From Chloroflexota bacterium (GTDB taxonomy: Bacteria > Chloroflexota > UBA6077 > FW602-bin22), in the NCBI GenBank assembly GCA_016875715.1, contig VGOZ01000002.1, positions 20,608-84,607 on the forward strand: a stretch of 64,000 bases of DNA. The letters run 5' to 3'. Below are positions 59,017 through 64,000 of this stretch, piece by piece (the first letter of the stretch is position 1; each line of letters starts with the position of its first letter). The notes under the pieces are model-generated. The model was not told the DNA's origin, did no database searches, and saw only the letters and a program-made list of their open reading frames with translations. The translations under genes were made by a program, and so were the position numbers.

Positions 59017-59934
59017 CTAGCTGGCCCATCTGAGGATGAACAGGTCGAGTCGTCGGGCTAGGTCGCGCAGGCCCAGGTACGTGGCGGGGGTCAACGGACT
59101 GAGTGGATGACGGCAGAAGTCGGATCGGACGATCCCGCCCTCGCGCAGCATCGCCTTGGTCGCGCGGAGGCCGCACTGCCGGTTCTCGTAGTTGATGAGA
59201 GGCAGGTAGCTCTCCCAGAGCGTCATTGCGTCCTCACGCGCACCGTCCAGATACGCATGGACGACGCGGCCGAGGACATCCGGGAGTAGCGCGCTCGGCA
59301 TCGTGCCCGTCGCGCCGGCTGCCAGATCGGCTCCGAGGGTGATGCTCTCCTCACCATCGAACGGCCCGTCGATCGCGTCGCCGGCCAGTTCGATGAGATG
59401 GCGGAGCTTCGCCGCTGCGAACGCACTCTCGATCTTGAAGTAGCGCAGGCGGTCGATCGAGCGGGCGAGATGCGCCAGGAATGGCGCGGAAAGCGTCACG
59501 CCGCTTATCGGCGCGTCCTGGACCATGATCGGGATGTCGATCGCCTCGGCGATGCGCGCGTAGTAAGCGTGGATCGATTCCTCGTCGCCGCGCAGCGTCG
59601 CGCCGTGGTAGGGCGGCATGAGCATGACCATCGCTGCCCCGGCCCGCTGGGCACGCGCGCTGCGCTCTCGCGCGATCGCGGTGCTGAAATGCGTGGTGGT
59701 AACGATGATGGGCGTTCGCCCGCCGGCACGCTCGAGAATCGCATCGGTGAGGAGGTCCCGCTCTGCGTCGGTCAGCGAGAACTGCTCTGAGTAGTTCGCC
59801 AGAATGCAGATACCGTCGACCCCGGCATCCACGAGGTAGTCGATCACCCGTCTCTGACCATCGATGTCGAGATCGCCTGAGGAAGTGAAGATCGTCGGCG
59901 CGATGGGAAACACGCCGCGATACGGCTCGGTCAC
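59017..59934 (-). CDS. DHDPS family protein (2-keto-3-deoxy-L-arabinonate dehydratase-like)
   Basis: ICILANYSEQF, VTTTHFST, MLMPPYHG, IMVQDAP, YFKIE, DGEESIT, YENRQCG. Confidence 0.88.
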   Translation of the reverse strand: MTEPYRGVFPIAPTIFTSSGDLDIDGQRRVIDYLVDAGVDGICILANYSEQFSLTDAERDLLTDAILERAGGRTPIIVTTTHFSTAIARERSARAQRAGAAMVMLMPPYHGATLRGDEESIHAYYARIAEAIDIPIMVQDAPISGVTLSAPFLAHLARSIDRLRYFKIESAFAAAKLRHLIELAGDAIDGPFDGEESITLGADLAAGATGTMPSALLPDVLGRVVHAYLDGAREDAMTLWESYLPLINYENRQCGLRATKAMLREGGIVRSDFCRHPLSPLTPATYLGLRDLARRLDLFILRWAS

Positions 59935-59980
59935 GTTGCTCCCCGCCTCGAGGAGGGATCGTAGTCCTTAGAATGGCGCG

Positions 59981-60445
59981 GTGCTGCGGATCGTGATCGG
60001 CTCCGATCTCGCCCTGACAGCCCGGCTCGAATCCGACCGGGCCCCCCTCACGGTCGCGGCGGTGCGCCGTCTTCTCCCCTTCGAAGGAACCATCATGCAG
60101 GGGCGCTGGAGCGGAGAGTCGGCGTGGGTGCCGCTCGACGACTGGCGAGCCGCCTCCAACCCGGGTGGGCCGGCCGGTGGGTCGGCCGCCGTCCGGCGTT
60201 TCGACCTCCCCTACGAGAACCACACGAGTTTCCCCGCGCCCGGCGAGATGCTCCTCTACTGCTTTGGCTTGAGCGTGACCGAGTTTCTGCTGCCGTACGG
60301 CCCGACCATCTTCAACAGCCGGGTCGGCCAACTGGTGGGCAACCACTTCGCGACCATCATCGAGGGACGCGATCTCCTCGCCGAGGTCGGGCGTCGCGTC
60401 CTCTGGCAAGGTGCGCAGCCCATCACGATCGTGGATTCGACGTGA
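59981..60445 (+). CDS. DUF3830 family (cyclophilin-like fold) protein
   Basis: APLT..A...LLP, RWSGES.W, ENHTSFPAPGE, GNHFATI. Confidence 0.85.
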   Translation: MLRIVIGSDLALTARLESDRAPLTVAAVRRLLPFEGTIMQGRWSGESAWVPLDDWRAASNPGGPAGGSAAVRRFDLPYENHTSFPAPGEMLLYCFGLSVTEFLLPYGPTIFNSRVGQLVGNHFATIIEGRDLLAEVGRRVLWQGAQPITIVDST

Positions 60446-61077
60446 TGGATCGCCTCGATCTCCTCGAGACCATCTACACGACCCGTTCGATACGCCGCTT
60501 TCTGCCCGATCCGGTGCCCGATGAGATCGTGGCCAGGCTGATCGAGGCGGCGACGCGCGCGCCGAACGGCCGCAACGCCCAGCCGTGGCACTTCATTGCC
60601 ATCCGCGATTCCCATCAGCGGCTCGCGGTCGGTGAGGTGTACCGTCGCGCCTGGGACGAGTACTCGCCTCCCTCCCGGCTGGCCGCGATTACTGATCCGC
60701 GCGAACGACGCCGGGTGGCGGGCGCCTTCCACCTCGGTGCAACTATGGGAACCGAGCCGCCGCTGCTCATCGTCGTCTGTGGTCCCGGCGGGACCTCCTC
60801 CTTCGAGATGCGCACGACCGCCGCGACGATCTACCCGGCGGTGCAGAACCTCCTCCTCGCCGCTCGCGCCTATGGCCTGGCTGGGTGTCTCACGACGGTT
60901 CATCTGCCCCGCGAGGCCGAGTTACGACCGATCCTCGGTCTGCCGGATGAGGTCGCGACCTACGCGATCGTGCCCATAGGCCGGACCACTGAGAGGTTCG
61001 GTCCGCTGCGCCGTCGTCCCGTAGGCGAGGTCACCTTCGCGGAGCGCTGGGGGCAGCCCCTCCCGGGAACCGGCTAG
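60445..61077 (+). CDS. Nitroreductase family protein
   Basis: TTRSIRRF.PDPVP, APNGRNAQPWHF, IYPAVQNLLLAARA.GL. Confidence 0.9.
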   Translation: MDRLDLLETIYTTRSIRRFLPDPVPDEIVARLIEAATRAPNGRNAQPWHFIAIRDSHQRLAVGEVYRRAWDEYSPPSRLAAITDPRERRRVAGAFHLGATMGTEPPLLIVVCGPGGTSSFEMRTTAATIYPAVQNLLLAARAYGLAGCLTTVHLPREAELRPILGLPDEVATYAIVPIGRTTERFGPLRRRPVGEVTFAERWGQPLPGTG

Positions 61078-61082
61078 GGCGC

Positions 61083-62287
61083 GTGCTCCGCGTCGGCACC
61101 TTCACCGCGCTGCAGCGGAACCCTAACTACCGCCTCTACTGGATCGGAGCGCTCACCTCCAACCTCGGCACCTGGATGCAGTTCGTCGCCCAGGGTTGGC
61201 TGGTCTACGAACTGACCGGATCGACCCTGATGCTCGGCGTGGTCGGCTTCGCGCAGTCGGCGCCATTCCTCGTCCTCTCCCTGTACGGCGGCGTCCTGGC
61301 GGATCGCTTCGAGCGCCGTCGGCTGATGGTCTGGACTCAAAGCGGCATGATGCTCCATGGCTTCGTTCTCGCCGGAATGACGCTGACGGGCACCGTCACG
61401 GCGTGGTGGGTGGTCGCGTTGGCCGCGATCTATGGAGCCATCAACGCGATCAATACGCCCGTCCGCCAGGCGATCGTGGCCGATCTCGTGCGTCGCGACG
61501 ACCTTCAGAACGCGATCGCTCTCAACTCGCTGCAATTTCAGAGCAGCCGCACCGTCGGCCCGGCGATCGCGGGCCTCGTCCTCGCAACCTACGGCGCCGG
61601 CTGGTGCTTCCTCGCCAACGCACTGTCGTTCATCGCCGTCATCTTCACGCTGCTCCGGATGGATCTTCCCCCCTGGAACCTCGGCCTAGGCCGCCCGCGC
61701 TCGCCGCGATCCGGGAGTCCCTCCGGTACGTCCAGTCGGAGCCGATCCTGCTCGCTGCGCTTCTGCTGACCGCGGTGCCGAGTCTTTTCTCCATGCCGTA
61801 CCAGCACCTGATGCCGGCAGTGGCCAGCGATGTCCTGCGCACCGGTCCGGAGGGGTTCGGCGTCCTCCAGAGCGCCTCCGGTATCGGCGCGGTGGTGAGC
61901 GCGTTCGCGATCGCGTCACTGGGGCGGCGCGGCGGCGGCACAACCCAGCTCGTTGCCCTGATCGTCGGCGGCGTCGGCGTGACCGCGTTCGGCCTCTCCA
62001 CACTGGTACCGGCCTCGGTCGTCGCCGTGTTCGTGGCCGGGCTGGGGCATATGGCGTTCATGTCGCTCAACATGACCGGTATCCACTCTCGGGTCACCGA
62101 GGAGATGCGCGGGCGGGTGACCGCCCTGCTCACGATGATGGTCTTCGGCCTACAGCCGCTGAGCGCGCTCCTCAGCGGTGCGGTCGCGGCGGCGATCGGC
62201 GTGCAGAACACCCTGGCGCTGAGCGGCTTCTTCTGCGCCGGCATCGCGATCGCGGCGGCGATCCTGGTGCCGAAGTTGCGCGCGTGA
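61083..62287 (+). pseudogene. MFS transporter (MFS_3-like) split by one frameshift at ~61670-61700 (decay or sequencing error)
   Basis: SNLGTWMQ, GVLADRFERRR, NAIALNS in one frame; AIRESLRYV...EEMRGRV in another; C6 run at 61668. Confidence 0.7.
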
Positions 62288-62296
62288 GGGCGATCG

Positions 62297-63487
62297 TCAG
62301 TCGCGGGCGAGGTACGCCTCGGTCAGTCGGACGAACATCTCCACGCCGACGGGAAGGGCGGCCTCGTCGATATCGAAGCGCGGGTGGTGATGACCCCAGA
62401 CCAGGCCCCGGCTGTCGTTGCGGGTGCCTACGTTGAAGAAGCACCCCGGCGCGCGCTGCAGGAAGTAGGCGAAATCCTCGCCGCCCATCGATTGATCGCG
62501 AGTGACAACCTGCGTCTCACCAACAGCCTGGCGGGCGATGTTGGCCACAAAGGCCGTCTGGGTCTCCTCATTGATGACCGCCGGGTAGCCCCACTCGTAC
62601 GTGCACCGACAGGTGGCACGCATCGCCGTGGCGACGCTCGTCGCAACCTCCTCGACGCGGCGGGCCAGCACCTGCCGCAGGTCGGGGTCGAAGGTGCGCA
62701 CGGTGCCCCTTAGCAGCGCCGAGTCGGGAATGACGTTCGGCGCAGTACCTGCCTGGATCTGCCCGACCGTGATCACTGCCGGCTCGAGCGGATTCACTTC
62801 ACGGGCCACGACCGCGTGAAGAGCGACCATGACCTGCGCCGCGACGAGTGCGGTGTCCACGCACTCGTGCGGCCGGGCGGCGTGCCCGCCACGACCGGCG
62901 ATCTCCAGGCGGAACATGTCCGCCGCAGCCATAATCGGCCCCGGCCGCGCCGCCACGGTCCCCACGGGGAGTTCCTGGGAGAGGTGTAGGCCGAACACCG
63001 CATCGACCTTCGGATCGTCCATCACCCCCTGAGCGATCATCGCCTGGGCGCCGCCCGGGGGGCGTTCCTCGCATGGCTGGAACGCGAATACGATCGCGCC
63101 GCGCAGCGCGTCCCGGCGCGAGGCGAGGATCTCGGCGGCACTGAGGAGGATCGCGGTATGGCCGTCGTGACCGCACGCGTGCATCACCCCGGGAACGGTC
63201 GACCGGTAGGGGACGTCGTTCTCCTCATCGATCGGCAGCGCATCGATGTCCGCTCGCAAGAGCACGGTCTTGCCCGGAGCGCGACCGCGCAGGATGCCCA
63301 TCACGCCGGTCTCGGCGATCGGCGCGCGGGTGTCGATACCGAGCGCTCGGAGGCGATCGGCGATGAACCGAGACGTCTGATGCTCCTGGAAACCGAGCTC
63401 CGGATGCATGTGGAGGTGTCGCCGATCGCGCACGACCTGCTCGGCGATGGTCCGGATGTCCGCTCGGGTCGAAACCACGCCATTCAC
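62297..63487 (-). CDS. M20 family amidohydrolase
   Basis: HMHPELGFQE, LRADIDALP, MHACGHDGH, FQPCEE, GGHAA.PH, GEDF, HHHP. Confidence 0.93.
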   Translation of the reverse strand: MNGVVSTRADIRTIAEQVVRDRRHLHMHPELGFQEHQTSRFIADRLRALGIDTRAPIAETGVMGILRGRAPGKTVLLRADIDALPIDEENDVPYRSTVPGVMHACGHDGHTAILLSAAEILASRRDALRGAIVFAFQPCEERPPGGAQAMIAQGVMDDPKVDAVFGLHLSQELPVGTVAARPGPIMAAADMFRLEIAGRGGHAARPHECVDTALVAAQVMVALHAVVAREVNPLEPAVITVGQIQAGTAPNVIPDSALLRGTVRTFDPDLRQVLARRVEEVATSVATAMRATCRCTYEWGYPAVINEETQTAFVANIARQAVGETQVVTRDQSMGGEDFAYFLQRAPGCFFNVGTRNDSRGLVWGHHHPRFDIDEAALPVGVEMFVRLTEAYLARD

Positions 63488-63563
63488 CTCCGGGCGCCGC
63501 TTCCCGCGGGCCGGTGGGCAGTGTAGCCGGGACGGATCGCCGCGCGAAGGCGCGGTCCGCCTC

Positions 63564-63998
63564 TCAGCGGGCGCCGGTACGCGCCACGCGCAGCGCCCGG
63601 TCGAGATCGGTCACGATGTCCTCCGGGCTCTCGATGCCGACGCTGAGGCGGATGAGGCCGTCGGTCACGCCGATCGCCCTTCGCTCCGCGAGACTCAGCG
63701 CGCGGTGCGACGTCCCCGCAGGATAGGACACCGTGGTTCGGGTATCGGCGAGGCTGGGTGCCAGCGGGATACCCGCGCGGCTGACCTCGGCGAGCAGAGC
63801 GCGCGCCGCGGCTGCTGACCCGACATCGAACGACACCATCCCTCCGCAACCGGTTGGATAGAGCCGCCCGACGACCGCGCGGTCGGGGTGGCCGGGAAGT
63901 TCCGGGAAGTGCACCGCAGCAATGCCGGGATGCCGATCGAGCGCGTGCGCGACCGCGCGCGCGTTGGCCGAATGCGCCTCCATCCGGAGCGCCAGCGT
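63564..63998 (-). CDS. Trans-sulfuration PLP enzyme (cystathionine gamma-synthase/lyase family), 5'-truncated by window edge
   Basis: GGMVSF, APSLADTRT...PAGTSH, LIRLSVGIESPEDIVTDL. Confidence 0.88.
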   Translation of the reverse strand, partial: TLALRMEAHSANARAVAHALDRHPGIAAVHFPELPGHPDRAVVGRLYPTGCGGMVSFDVGSAAAARALLAEVSRAGIPLAPSLADTRTTVSYPAGTSHRALSLAERRAIGVTDGLIRLSVGIESPEDIVTDLDRALRVARTGAR

Positions 63999-64000
63999 CT

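Overview
High-GC bacterial chromosomal window. It is probably Chloroflexota, inferred from a PPOX F420 enzyme, Pro/Thr-linker lipoproteins, GAAC-N4-GTTC SOS boxes and stand-alone HisKA mini-proteins. It holds about 65 genes and no rRNA, tRNA, CRISPR array, integrase or transposase that I can see. Most genes are accessory catabolic or redox enzymes. Four things stand out. (1) A hypoxia/nitrite module at 11.3-21.3 kb: a hybrid kinase with a DosS-type heme GAF, a coupled 79-aa HisKA_3-like mini-protein, DoxX, NirK with an extra N-terminal cupredoxin, a SCO-PCuAC fusion, a USP, a NarL-type regulator, and a partner kinase lacking its phospho-His. A recurring TC(A/C/G)GG-N6-8-CC(T/C/G)GA palindrome lies upstream of about 10 genes across the window. 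(2) A copper operon at 38.8-42.1 kb led by a His-rich ORF ending in RAPP plus polyproline; the codons at its end are complementary to the next gene's Shine-Dalgarno, suggesting a CruR/CutF-like ribosome-stalling switch. (3) An SOS-boxed nuclease pair and a VapBC toxin-antitoxin at 2.3-5.3 kb, where one nuclease is fused to an ABC-2 permease remnant. (4) Widespread gene decay by frameshift, nonsense codon and microhomology deletion. Family calls come from motif recognition only; no database search was run.
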